64,000 nt of DNA from the sequence record OP953026.1, one strand, 5' to 3'. Shown in pieces: positions 6,473-16,359 of this stretch. Numbering within the stretch: the stretch's first letter is position 1; every line of letters begins with the position of its first letter. A program made the translations under genes and the position numbers. The notes beneath the pieces were generated by a model that was not told the DNA's origin, made no database searches, and worked only from the letters and a program-made list of their open reading frames with translations.

Positions 6473-8716
6473 ATGAGCGTACATGCCCTAAGAGAACTGT
6501 TTAAACACAAAGGCGAAAAGAATTACGAAGTCTTCTCAATGGAAGATTTCATTGGCCGCCTAGAAAGTGAAATTGGTCTAAATGACAGCGTTGTTAGTCA
6601 AGGTCGTTCCCTTATTAGCAGCATTTCACATGAAAACTTCGGTACCGTGCAAGCTACCGACATTCAAGATGCCGCTGCAATTTATAACAAAATGCAAATG
6701 CTCGTTAACGACTATGGTTTCGAACGAGTAAGTTCCAGTGATCCTCAAGTACGTGCTCGTGAAGAACGTGTCCGTGAGAACCAAATCACTGCTGCTACCA
6801 TGGCTGCTATCGCCTGTGCTGATGAAACTAAATATATCCGTGCACTACGTGGTATTACCAAAGCTAAAGCTTCTAATGAAGATCATGTTAAGGTTGTACA
6901 GCATCAGTTCAATGGCCCTGCTGGTGGCATTCAAGTATTCGAAAATGGTGTTGGCCTAGAGAACTATAACGAGAAGTCACAGCGTGATTTCCGTGTTGTA
7001 ACTATTGGTTATAACCTAGCTGCTAGCCGTCAGGATGAATTCGCTGAGCGTATCTATCCGACCACCGTTATCAACCCGATTGAAGGTGGTGTTGTTCAGG
7101 TTCTTCCTTACATCGCTGTAATGAAAGACGTTTACCACGAAGTATCCGGCGTTAAGATGGATAACGAAGAAGTGAACATGGTAGAAGCCTATCGTGATCC
7201 TTCCATCCTCGACGACGAAAGCATTGCACTAATTCCTGCCCTAGATCCGGCTGGTTCCAATGCTGACTTCTTCGTAGACCCGGCTCTTGTTCCTCCGTAC
7301 ACCATCAAGAACGAGCAGAACCTAACTATCACTACTGCTCCGCTAAAAGCGAACGTACGTCTTGATCTAATGGGTAACTCCAATGCTAACCTACTCATTC
7401 AGCGTGGCATGCTTGAAGTTTCTGACACCATTGATCCGGCTGGTCGTCTAAAGAACCTATTCGTTCTACTCGGCGGTAAAGTTGTTAAGTTCAAGGTTGA
7501 CCGTCTACCTCGCGCTGTGTTCCAGCCCGATCTAGTTGGTGATACCCGGAACGCAGTTATCCGTTTCGATAGCGATGACCTTGTTGTTAGTGGCGATACC
7601 ACTTTCATCGACGGTTCAGCTGATGGCGTTATTAACGACCTTAAGACTGCTAAACTAAGCCTACGTCTAAGCGTTGGTTTTGGTGGTACTATCAGCCTAT
7701 CCAAAGGCGATTCTAAGTTTGGTGCTACCGACACTTACGTCGATAAAGTTCTAAACGAAGATGGCCAGGTAATGGATAATGCTGACCCGGCTGTTAAAGC
7801 TATTCTAGATCAGCTAACTGACCTAGCTGTTATCGGTTTCGAACTAGATACTCGCTTCACCAACACTAACCGTCGTCAGCGTGGTCACCTACTACAGACC
7901 CGTGCACTACAGTTCCGTCATCCGATCCCGATGCACGCTCCTGTAACTCTACCGATGGACACCATGACCGATGAAGGTCCGGGTGAGGTTGTTAAAGCTC
8001 TAACTGTTAACACCAACATCCGTAACAGCAACAACGCTGTTAAGCGCATGCTTAACTACCTTGCTCAACTACGTGAAGTTGTACACAATGGTTACAACCG
8101 TCCGAAGTTTGGTATCATCGAAGGTGCACTATCCGCTGTAATGCGTCCGACCTATCGTTACAAAGAACTAGATCTTGAGAAAGTCATCGACACCATCAAG
8201 TCTAAAGATCGTTGGGACGACGTTTGCGCTGCGATCCTAAACTGTGTTAAAGCTGAGCTATTCCCGGCTCACCGTGATTCCAACATTGAAGCTGCCTTCC
8301 GTGTTATCTCCGGTAACCAGGATGAAACTCCGATGTATCTCTTCTGCTCCGACAAAGAGATTGCTAACTATCTAATGACTAAAGGTGACGACCGTACTCT
8401 AGGTGCTTATCTCAAGTACGATATCGTTTCCACCAACAACCAGCTATTTGATGGTAAGCTAGTTGTAATTCCGACCCGCGCAGTACAACAAGAAAACGAC
8501 ATCCTCTCCTGGGGCCAGTTCTTCTACGTATCTACTGTTATCGCTGACCTACCGATCACTCGTGGTGGTCACCAGGTTACTCGCGAAATCGCGGCCATTC
8601 CGTTCAACCTACACGTCAACAACATTCCGTTCGCGCTAGAGTTCAAGATCACTGGCTTCCAGAAAGTCATGGGCGAAACTCAGTTCAACGGTAAGCTTGC
8701 TGATCTTAAGCCGTGA
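6473..8716 (+). CDS. gp120: major capsid protein (phiKZ gp120)
   Basis: 747 aa; GLE at residues 161-163 fits the known prohead-protease cleavage; highly-expressed codon usage; TGA stop. Confidence 0.95.
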   Translation: MSVHALRELFKHKGEKNYEVFSMEDFIGRLESEIGLNDSVVSQGRSLISSISHENFGTVQATDIQDAAAIYNKMQMLVNDYGFERVSSSDPQVRAREERVRENQITAATMAAIACADETKYIRALRGITKAKASNEDHVKVVQHQFNGPAGGIQVFENGVGLENYNEKSQRDFRVVTIGYNLAASRQDEFAERIYPTTVINPIEGGVVQVLPYIAVMKDVYHEVSGVKMDNEEVNMVEAYRDPSILDDESIALIPALDPAGSNADFFVDPALVPPYTIKNEQNLTITTAPLKANVRLDLMGNSNANLLIQRGMLEVSDTIDPAGRLKNLFVLLGGKVVKFKVDRLPRAVFQPDLVGDTRNAVIRFDSDDLVVSGDTTFIDGSADGVINDLKTAKLSLRLSVGFGGTISLSKGDSKFGATDTYVDKVLNEDGQVMDNADPAVKAILDQLTDLAVIGFELDTRFTNTNRRQRGHLLQTRALQFRHPIPMHAPVTLPMDTMTDEGPGEVVKALTVNTNIRNSNNAVKRMLNYLAQLREVVHNGYNRPKFGIIEGALSAVMRPTYRYKELDLEKVIDTIKSKDRWDDVCAAILNCVKAELFPAHRDSNIEAAFRVISGNQDETPMYLFCSDKEIANYLMTKGDDRTLGAYLKYDIVSTNNQLFDGKLVVIPTRAVQQENDILSWGQFFYVSTVIADLPITRGGHQVTREIAAIPFNLHVNNIPFALEFKITGFQKVMGETQFNGKLADLKP

Positions 8717-8797
8717 GCTGGAAAGGGTTACCGTTATCTAGAAAATGGGACTATCCGTTATTTGGAAGACGGTAATGCCCGGAAGTTAGAAGAGTAA
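8717..8797 (+). other. in-frame 26-codon extension after the capsid TGA (candidate readthrough product)
   Basis: GCT GGA AAG GGT TAC CGT TAT CTA GAA ... GAA GAG TAA = AGKGYRYLENGTIRYLEDGNARKLEE; no start codon before the motif; terminator 9 nt after the TAA. Confidence 0.75.
8732..8761 (+). repeat. 30-nt exact repeat, copy 1 (copy 2 at 34385-34414)
   Basis: CGTTATCTAGAAAATGGGACTATCCGTTAT. Confidence 0.95.
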
Positions 8798-8806
8798 CAG
8801 ACATAG

Positions 8807-8826
8807 GCCCTCCCTTCGGGGAGGGC
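8807..8826 (+). terminator. capsid operon terminator hairpin
   Basis: GCCCTCCC-TTCG-GGGAGGGC flanked by CATA and TATG. Confidence 0.85.
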
Positions 8827-8835
8827 TTTATGTTG

Positions 8836-8871
8836 TATTACATTAAAAAAAGTTTAAGATCTATATTACAG
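8836..8871 (+). promoter_or_regulatory. early (vRNAP) promoter
   Basis: A7-GTTTAAGATC-TATATTAC; phiKZ early consensus TATATTAC; 35/36 nt identical to 60544-60579. Confidence 0.85.
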
Positions 8872-8912
8872 TAATGATCATGATCTTCTAATTTAAAAAT
8901 AGGTTAATTCAA

Positions 8913-9365
8913 ATGAACGTTCAATTATTTCCAGAAGTCATCGAAAGATGGCAAGATGCCCTAAGGGTATCTCTTATAGAAAAAAATACCATGGTAGATA
9001 ATAAGATGTCTACCGTAGATGATGATAAATACATTAATACTTTCTTTGAAGAATTCCATCCTGTTCAGGATGCCTTTATGCCCAAAGGGCTAGAGGACTT
9101 TATTACTGATTATGCCAAGAAAAACATTGAGGAGATCCTTCAAGAAAAACAGTTTAAGCGGGCCACCGAAAAGTTATATTGTTCGAGTGACCCGCATAAA
9201 TGGCAGAAATCAAGTAATAAGGAAAAGAGTGAATCCTTTAAGGGAAGGTCCGTACATCAAACTAAAAAGAGGCTCCCCAACATTGTAGATTTGGAGGCCG
9301 TTGTGATTAAGGTAGATTTCAATGGTAACACTAAAAATTGCGGGGCTTACTCAAGTATCAGTTAA
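8913..9365 (+). CDS. hypothetical early protein (gp121-like position)
   Basis: 150 aa downstream of the early promoter; AGGT SD. Confidence 0.8.
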   Translation: MNVQLFPEVIERWQDALRVSLIEKNTMVDNKMSTVDDDKYINTFFEEFHPVQDAFMPKGLEDFITDYAKKNIEEILQEKQFKRATEKLYCSSDPHKWQKSSNKEKSESFKGRSVHQTKKRLPNIVDLEAVVIKVDFNGNTKNCGAYSSIS

Positions 9366-10404
9366 GCCTACTATCGATCACCCGTATGATAAGAAATCGG
9401 GAACTGCATACACTAAGGGTGATCCATACGCTAATTGGAATCTCCCTGTCTCACGTTTTGTTGAGTATCGGAATGAATCATTTCATCGTATTACTGTAGT
9501 CGATTCATCTGGTCACGCTATCAATATTGGGACATCCCGTAAGTATGTAATGTCTAATAGACTAGTAGTTAAGGTCATTTACCGATGGAGTGGTGATGAT
9601 AGTTTTAACTATGAAGTTATGGCTAAATCTATTCCAGGTTTTACACCTGAGGAAATGTTAGAATATATTCAGTCATTTAGTCGACAGACATTCGATCAGT
9701 TTAATAACCAGCTATCTGAGATTACTATTTGGTATTCAATTGACTTATCAAAACTAGTAGATCAGTATCATGGTGGTTGGATTCAGAGTTTAGGTATCCA
9801 AGTATTTAAAACTGAGTATAGTCAGTATTTTGAATTTTATCCAAATAGAAATATTAGTCCTCCTGGTTACAGCGGACTTAGTCCAGAAGAAGAAGCACTT
9901 TCTAATCAAGTATGGAATGAAACATATTCTTTAACGTATAATACTGACATCAATAAACCAGATAAATTGTTTTATGTAATGGCTGGCAGAATTATGGCCA
10001 TTGAGTCAATCTACAATCCATCATTAGATCCTGGTCTTATTGTTAATATCCGTGGTAAGCATGGATGTATTAGTCATAATGGCGAAAAGAGATATGTAAT
10101 ACCTCCTGAACAGTTCCATGAAAATGGTTTCTTTAGAACACATGAAGAAGCTGCTGCAATGGTTGGAATTAAAGATAAGAAAGTTATTGAACGTCTTAAG
10201 ACTGCACTCTTAACAGCAGCTGATATTAAGGAAAGGGAAGCCCAGGAAAAAGCAGCTGGTACGTTTGATAAAGAATTCAAACCAAAAGATGTTGTATTGA
10301 TTCATGGTCTAAAATGGGGTGATCTAAACTCCATTGCCTCTGATCTAGTATCATCCATTAAAATTGTAGGTTCACTGATGGATTTAATTTTGCCAAAAGT
10401 TTAG
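9322..10404 (+). CDS. hypothetical protein (gp122-like position)
   Basis: 360-aa ORF overlapping the upstream gene by 44 nt. Confidence 0.85.
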   Translation: MVTLKIAGLTQVSVKPTIDHPYDKKSGTAYTKGDPYANWNLPVSRFVEYRNESFHRITVVDSSGHAINIGTSRKYVMSNRLVVKVIYRWSGDDSFNYEVMAKSIPGFTPEEMLEYIQSFSRQTFDQFNNQLSEITIWYSIDLSKLVDQYHGGWIQSLGIQVFKTEYSQYFEFYPNRNISPPGYSGLSPEEEALSNQVWNETYSLTYNTDINKPDKLFYVMAGRIMAIESIYNPSLDPGLIVNIRGKHGCISHNGEKRYVIPPEQFHENGFFRTHEEAAAMVGIKDKKVIERLKTALLTAADIKEREAQEKAAGTFDKEFKPKDVVLIHGLKWGDLNSIASDLVSSIKIVGSLMDLILPKV

Positions 10405-10413
10405 GAGTTTATA

Positions 10414-12045
10414 ATGCCGGATCCATTTCTAATTGAAAAGATTCGTGAAAATACGCCTTGCATGAATCCAACACTAGCAAATGGTATCACAGTCGAACAC
10501 ACCATGACTCGTGATCCAAATACTGGTGTTAATATGACCAGGCGTTATATTGATTCTTTATTTGATATCAGTTCAGTTCTATTTCCCGATGGCTTCAAAT
10601 ATGAAGGCAATCGTGCATGTACACCGCTTAAGCATTTTGAAGAGATTACTCGGGAATATAATGCTAAGCGTATTGCCAATATTGCTCCAACTGACATGTA
10701 CATGATTGACCTAATGTTTAGTTATAAAGGGGAAATGCTTTATCCTCGTCCAATGTTGTTACCAGCTTTTAAGAGAGGCAATATGGTAACTATCAATGGT
10801 GCGAAATATATCGGTTCACCAGTATTAACTGATGTTGGGTTCTCTGTACTTAATGATAGCATCTTCATCCCGTTTCGTCGTACTAAGCTAACCTTTAAAC
10901 AAACTGACCACCATTACATGTGCAATGGTCAGCGTAAAATCATGTATGTGATCTGGTCACAGATTCACAATGAAATGGCTAAGCGTACTAAACGAGATCT
11001 GGATAATCGACCACATATTGAGTCATGTTTAGCTCATTATTTCTTCTGTCAGTTTGGAGTAACTCAAACTTTCAAACAATGGGCTAATGTAGATGTTAAG
11101 TGTGGACTGCTGTCTGATTTTCCTGAAGAAGAATATCCACGTGAAAAGTGGAATATTTATTCCAGTGCAACATTAAAAGGCAAACATCCCACCGGTGAAA
11201 TGGTTCTTGTTATACCTCGTCATCAAGAATCTATTTTTGCCACACGACTTATCGCTGGTTTCTGGTATGTGGTCGATGCATTTCCAATGCGGTTTACTCG
11301 ACCTGAATATGTAGATAGTACCAACTTATGGCGTGTTATCCTAGGTCACATGGTGTTTGGTGATTTTGAGCACCAAGGTAAAGTAGAGGAAAACATTGAT
11401 TCACACCTACACAGTTTCTGTAATTCACTAGACGAAATGACTATTGAAGAACTTAAAACAGTTGGTGTCAATGTAAGTACTATTTGGGAACTTCTTTACG
11501 AGATCATGACTAGTTTGGCTCATCATCTTTATGCTACCGATATTGATGAAACTAGTATGTATGGTAAAAGGTTAACAGTACTACATTACCTGATGTCAGA
11601 GTTTAACTATGCTGTAAGTATGTTTGGCTATATGTTCCAGTCTAGGCGTGATCGTGAATGGACTGTGCAAGAGCTAAATGAAGGTTTAAAACGTTCCTTT
11701 AAACTACAGACAGCTATTAAACGATTAACAGTGGATCATGGTGAACTCGATACAATGAGTAATCCAAACTCCAGTATGTTGATTAAAGGGACATCTATCC
11801 TAGTTACACAGGATCGCGCTAAAACAGCTAAGGCTCATAATAAGTCTCTAATCAATGACTCATCTAGGATTATTCACGCATCTATTGCTGAGGTAGGTCA
11901 ATATAAAAACCAACCTAAGAACAACCCGGATGGTCGAGGTAGGCTTAATATGTATACCAAAGTGGGTCCAACTGGACTAGTTGAACGTCGTGAAGAAGTG
12001 CGTGAAATAATTGACAACGCTCAATTAATGTTCCGTGCAAAATAA
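10414..12045 (+). CDS. gp123: non-virion RNA polymerase beta subunit, N-terminal part (phiKZ gp123)
   Basis: 543 aa; VTINGAKYIGSPVL resembles the RpoB FIINGxERVIVSQL motif; synteny. Confidence 0.88.
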   Translation: MPDPFLIEKIRENTPCMNPTLANGITVEHTMTRDPNTGVNMTRRYIDSLFDISSVLFPDGFKYEGNRACTPLKHFEEITREYNAKRIANIAPTDMYMIDLMFSYKGEMLYPRPMLLPAFKRGNMVTINGAKYIGSPVLTDVGFSVLNDSIFIPFRRTKLTFKQTDHHYMCNGQRKIMYVIWSQIHNEMAKRTKRDLDNRPHIESCLAHYFFCQFGVTQTFKQWANVDVKCGLLSDFPEEEYPREKWNIYSSATLKGKHPTGEMVLVIPRHQESIFATRLIAGFWYVVDAFPMRFTRPEYVDSTNLWRVILGHMVFGDFEHQGKVEENIDSHLHSFCNSLDEMTIEELKTVGVNVSTIWELLYEIMTSLAHHLYATDIDETSMYGKRLTVLHYLMSEFNYAVSMFGYMFQSRRDREWTVQELNEGLKRSFKLQTAIKRLTVDHGELDTMSNPNSSMLIKGTSILVTQDRAKTAKAHNKSLINDSSRIIHASIAEVGQYKNQPKNNPDGRGRLNMYTKVGPTGLVERREEVREIIDNAQLMFRAK

Positions 12046-12080
12046 ATTAAATCTTTAACTACTTAATAGGTATTATTCAC

Positions 12081-14246
12081 ATGAACTATGCACAGTACAA
12101 TCTACCTGTCGATTTTGAGAGTGTAGATACCAGTACTTTCGATCCTAACCTACCTAATGGGAATTATCTGTTTAGCCTACCGCTACAGTTATCACCACAT
12201 CAACAACATCCTCAACTACAACCATATTTCAATGGTGTAATTGGGCTGTTCCGGCTGAATGCTCAAAATGCTGCTACTACCACCCAGCTTCATGCATTTG
12301 CGTATAATCTGCTATCTAGTAATGGTTTTCAGAATAACTATTATCAGCAGTGGGCTCAGAAAGTTATTGACTTTCTAGAGTTTCTATTTATTCATCGTCA
12401 AATGGTGAATAACCCACAGCAGGCAATGCAGCAAGCTGCATCTCTAGTATGGTCTGGTTTTGTTGGTAAATGTGCTCAAACTTTCCCGCAGCTACAAAGT
12501 CTAGTTCAACATCTAATGCCGAATATCCAACAGGCACTTGGTGTAATCGGGCAGATTGAATCAGATATCCAAAAGATGCGTATGGGTGGTAACACCATGA
12601 TGCAGGGTGGATATCAACAACCTGGTGTACAGCCTGGAAGTTTCCCTGGGATGGGTGCAGCAATGGGTCGTCCTGGCATGAGTTCACAACTACCTCCAAT
12701 TAACGCAGGTATCCAACAGACCTATGGTCAACCGGCTACCATGGCTAATCCGCAGCTGAACATTCCAGGGGCATATACACCAACAACTAATCATGACACT
12801 GGTCCATCAATTGCAAATGCTGCATATGACGTACCTGGTTCTTCTCCTTTCCTGGAAAACAAACCAGTCATGCAACCTAAAGACTCTTGGGGTGCCACTG
12901 TTGAAGTATCTCCAAATAGTAGTTATGATACAATCCCTGGTGGAGGTGATGTAATGATTCTACCTGAACTACAACAAAATGCAAATACTGTAACTAATGA
13001 TAATACGGATCTACCCATCCCTCAAGATGTGAAAGAACTCGTATTCGATCCGAACTATTATGTACCCAATGGATTTGTAATTAATAAAGATCGTCCGATG
13101 GATGTTATCTATAATCCAGGTGGCATTGAAATCCGACCTGCTCATCTAGTTGCAGATAAACCTGATTGGGTACGTACTGCTAGTTCAGCTAATCCATACA
13201 GCATCCTAATGGATCCGGCAGTATATTGTCGCTTCCTTGCTAAATGGCCTGATAACACTGTACATGAAGTATATCGTAAGTGGGAGAATCACATGGAAAT
13301 GGATTATCTAAAGCATGAGCTTCAAGATGATCTCCGTCGTCAAGCACATCGTGGTGGTGGTGCGCGTACTGCAACCAGTTATAAGCTATCTACCATTATG
13401 GGTGATGCCAAACCGGTTAAAGAAGTAGCCGAAGAGTTTTCACCAAATGATGCTGGGTTAACTGATAATCGTGAACATGATCCAGTTATCCTAGAAGGTT
13501 ATATTGCTTGTGCAAATAATCTTGAAGCAGAAGCTGGTGCACTCAATGCAGTTCGTGAAGCACTTGAGCTAAGCGAAGATGATGTAGTTCCAGCACATGA
13601 GTATCGCGCAGCATCATCCCATCCATTTGATGCTTCAACTGAAGTCATGTATGAGATCGAGGATATTCGAAAAGAACCCGATCCGCATCTAATTGCAAAG
13701 CGCCTTAAGCAACTAATGCTAGATGGTAAGCTGGCTCAACGCTACTATCGGTTCCTAGTTGAAAGGCTCACCAGTGCAGTTAATGAGTTCCTGGCTGATT
13801 CAATGAGTCAGAAGGTAACCATTGATGACTTCTGTGAAGATATCGGTGACCTTATCGCATATCTGATCGGTAAGAAGGGTAAGTCAGTAGCTGATAAATT
13901 TACCGCTAGTATTCCGTTTATTGTTGGACGGAGTATGTGTGTTAATATTGATCCAGAAGAAGGTAATTCTATTCTAGATCTATCAGTGCGTTTCCAAACT
14001 GGCTGGCGCCTTGAGGAACTATCCTGCCTAAATATTTATACCGAGAAAGCAGTGCTTATCAGTAAACTTACTGAACCTAAGATTACTCAAGTAATCATGG
14101 GAATGGCAAAGCGTCTAAATAGCTCTAAAGATTCAGATGATGCACGTACCCACAAAATGTACATTATCACTGCTGATGGATCTTATCTACAAGTTATTCG
14201 TGGCGCTCTTGTTGATAATGCTGTTCTACTTAAGCTTATCAAATAA
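12081..14246 (+). CDS. conserved hypothetical protein with Q/P/G/M-rich low-complexity region (gp124-like)
   Basis: 721-aa ORF; residues about 160-300 are low complexity. Confidence 0.9.
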   Translation: MNYAQYNLPVDFESVDTSTFDPNLPNGNYLFSLPLQLSPHQQHPQLQPYFNGVIGLFRLNAQNAATTTQLHAFAYNLLSSNGFQNNYYQQWAQKVIDFLEFLFIHRQMVNNPQQAMQQAASLVWSGFVGKCAQTFPQLQSLVQHLMPNIQQALGVIGQIESDIQKMRMGGNTMMQGGYQQPGVQPGSFPGMGAAMGRPGMSSQLPPINAGIQQTYGQPATMANPQLNIPGAYTPTTNHDTGPSIANAAYDVPGSSPFLENKPVMQPKDSWGATVEVSPNSSYDTIPGGGDVMILPELQQNANTVTNDNTDLPIPQDVKELVFDPNYYVPNGFVINKDRPMDVIYNPGGIEIRPAHLVADKPDWVRTASSANPYSILMDPAVYCRFLAKWPDNTVHEVYRKWENHMEMDYLKHELQDDLRRQAHRGGGARTATSYKLSTIMGDAKPVKEVAEEFSPNDAGLTDNREHDPVILEGYIACANNLEAEAGALNAVREALELSEDDVVPAHEYRAASSHPFDASTEVMYEIEDIRKEPDPHLIAKRLKQLMLDGKLAQRYYRFLVERLTSAVNEFLADSMSQKVTIDDFCEDIGDLIAYLIGKKGKSVADKFTASIPFIVGRSMCVNIDPEEGNSILDLSVRFQTGWRLEELSCLNIYTEKAVLISKLTEPKITQVIMGMAKRLNSSKDSDDARTHKMYIITADGSYLQVIRGALVDNAVLLKLIK

Positions 14247-14252
14247 GCATGA

Positions 14253-14274
14253 AAGCCCCTCTTCGGAGGGGCTT
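14253..14274 (+). terminator. hairpin AAGCCCCTC-TTCG-GAGGGGCTT
   Basis: 9-bp stem 6 nt after TAA. Confidence 0.8.
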
Positions 14275-14326
14275 ATTTATGAGTAATGTATAGTTTAATC
14301 AAATATTGTAAAAAAGGAGTAATACA

Positions 14327-14959
14327 ATGCTAGCTAAAATGAATAAATTCTTTAAAGAATTACTAAACAAAAATACGGTGAATATGGCAGGACTATTCGA
14401 TGATGTGGTATTGATGAATAGTTATAGTAACTATAAACCAGATTTTAATGACACTGTAGAAGTAAATACAAAATGTGATCTACCGGCAAATGGTAAAGTT
14501 CTAGTTCTATATGTCGTTCAAGATACAATGGATATGTATATTTGGGATGGCCAACAATATCTTTCTTATAATCCATATTCCACTGAGCAATTAGCACCAA
14601 TGATTGATGACCCATCAGCATTTATTCCATCAACCAAAGCTAATACTTCTCTAAAAGTAACTTATGGTATCTGGGCGCTTAAGAAAGATCTAGAAACTAT
14701 CCAGAAGTATTCAATTGGAATGCACACTCTTCTTGATAAACATTCACTAGCACGAGTTAATGATAAGAATCCTATTAATAAGGTATTCTTCGAAACATGT
14801 CATAAAGCCCTATATACTGCACTTCGTGAATCATACAAAAACAATATGGTTAAACCACAAATCGCAGATGCAGTTACCAAGGAAGGATGTTGGTTTGGGC
14901 GAGATCATCGATCTAATAAACTGTCATTTAAATGCGGTGAATTTAAGGTTGAATGGTAA
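14327..14959 (+). CDS. hypothetical protein (gp125-like position)
   Basis: AAGGAG SD; 210 aa. Confidence 0.85.
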   Translation: MLAKMNKFFKELLNKNTVNMAGLFDDVVLMNSYSNYKPDFNDTVEVNTKCDLPANGKVLVLYVVQDTMDMYIWDGQQYLSYNPYSTEQLAPMIDDPSAFIPSTKANTSLKVTYGIWALKKDLETIQKYSIGMHTLLDKHSLARVNDKNPINKVFFETCHKALYTALRESYKNNMVKPQIADAVTKEGCWFGRDHRSNKLSFKCGEFKVEW

Positions 14960-14979
14960 TAATTAAGTAATGGCATAAA

Positions 14980-15001
14980 CCCCTCTCCGCATGGAGAGGG
15001 G
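14980..15001. terminator. bidirectional hairpin between convergent genes
   Basis: CCCCTCTCC-GCAT-GGAGAGGGG flanked by CATA and TATG; long T-run follows. Confidence 0.8.
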
Positions 15002-15024
15002 CTATGTCTTTATTTTTTTTTTAT

Positions 15025-15468
15025 TTAACTACTTTCAAATTCAAGAGTTACTGGTATTGTTGGTATCCACGACAAGTTATTAAAGTATGGATGTATCGTA
15101 ACCGTATTCCCAGTAATAGGTTGCGGTTGTATCTCATCTATAATAAATGGAATACCGTAAACATCTCTTAATTTTTCAGCTACTTCTAAATTATCAGTAT
15201 AGTCAGTTGGTTTACCCGGTACCTTTATGCCAAGACAGTACTCTGGTAAAGAGCGTCTATTAAAGTAAATAACTGCCTCACCTTTAAAATAAAGTGAACT
15301 GGTCTTCGCTCTCATTGTTGTTTTGGCATTTGTACCAGTTGCTAAGAATGTATCGGTTCCTATGAATTCAACATCATCAACAGTTAAATCCCTAGGCCTA
15401 CCATTATTATCTTTAGGTTTATTAGCCACATTCCAAGCAGCTACCAATTCAGCTCTTGTATCAGCCAT
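15025..15468 (-). CDS. virion structural protein (gp126-like), member of the gp126/127/143/158 paralogue family
   Basis: GAGGTG SD; shared two-lobe motif pattern; synteny. Confidence 0.8.
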   Translation of the reverse strand: MADTRAELVAAWNVANKPKDNNGRPRDLTVDDVEFIGTDTFLATGTNAKTTMRAKTSSLYFKGEAVIYFNRRSLPEYCLGIKVPGKPTDYTDNLEVAEKLRDVYGIPFIIDEIQPQPITGNTVTIHPYFNNLSWIPTIPVTLEFESS

Positions 15469-15476
15469 TACACACC

Positions 15477-16352
<876 letters not shown>

Positions 16353-16359
16353 TCGCTCC

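Noticed and set aside
8713-8775. Independent small ORF from GTG at 8713 (MSWKGLPLSRKWDYPLFGRR)
   Set aside because: It has no SD, and the conserved RxLE motif and the synonymous divergence are in the capsid frame, not this one.
8714-8780. Selenocysteine insertion at the capsid UGA (hairpin as SECIS)
   Set aside because: A bacterial SECIS needs a short stem with an apical GU about 11-28 nt from the UGA. Here the apex (ACUA) is about 35 nt away and there is no redox motif. Near-cognate readthrough is the simpler explanation.
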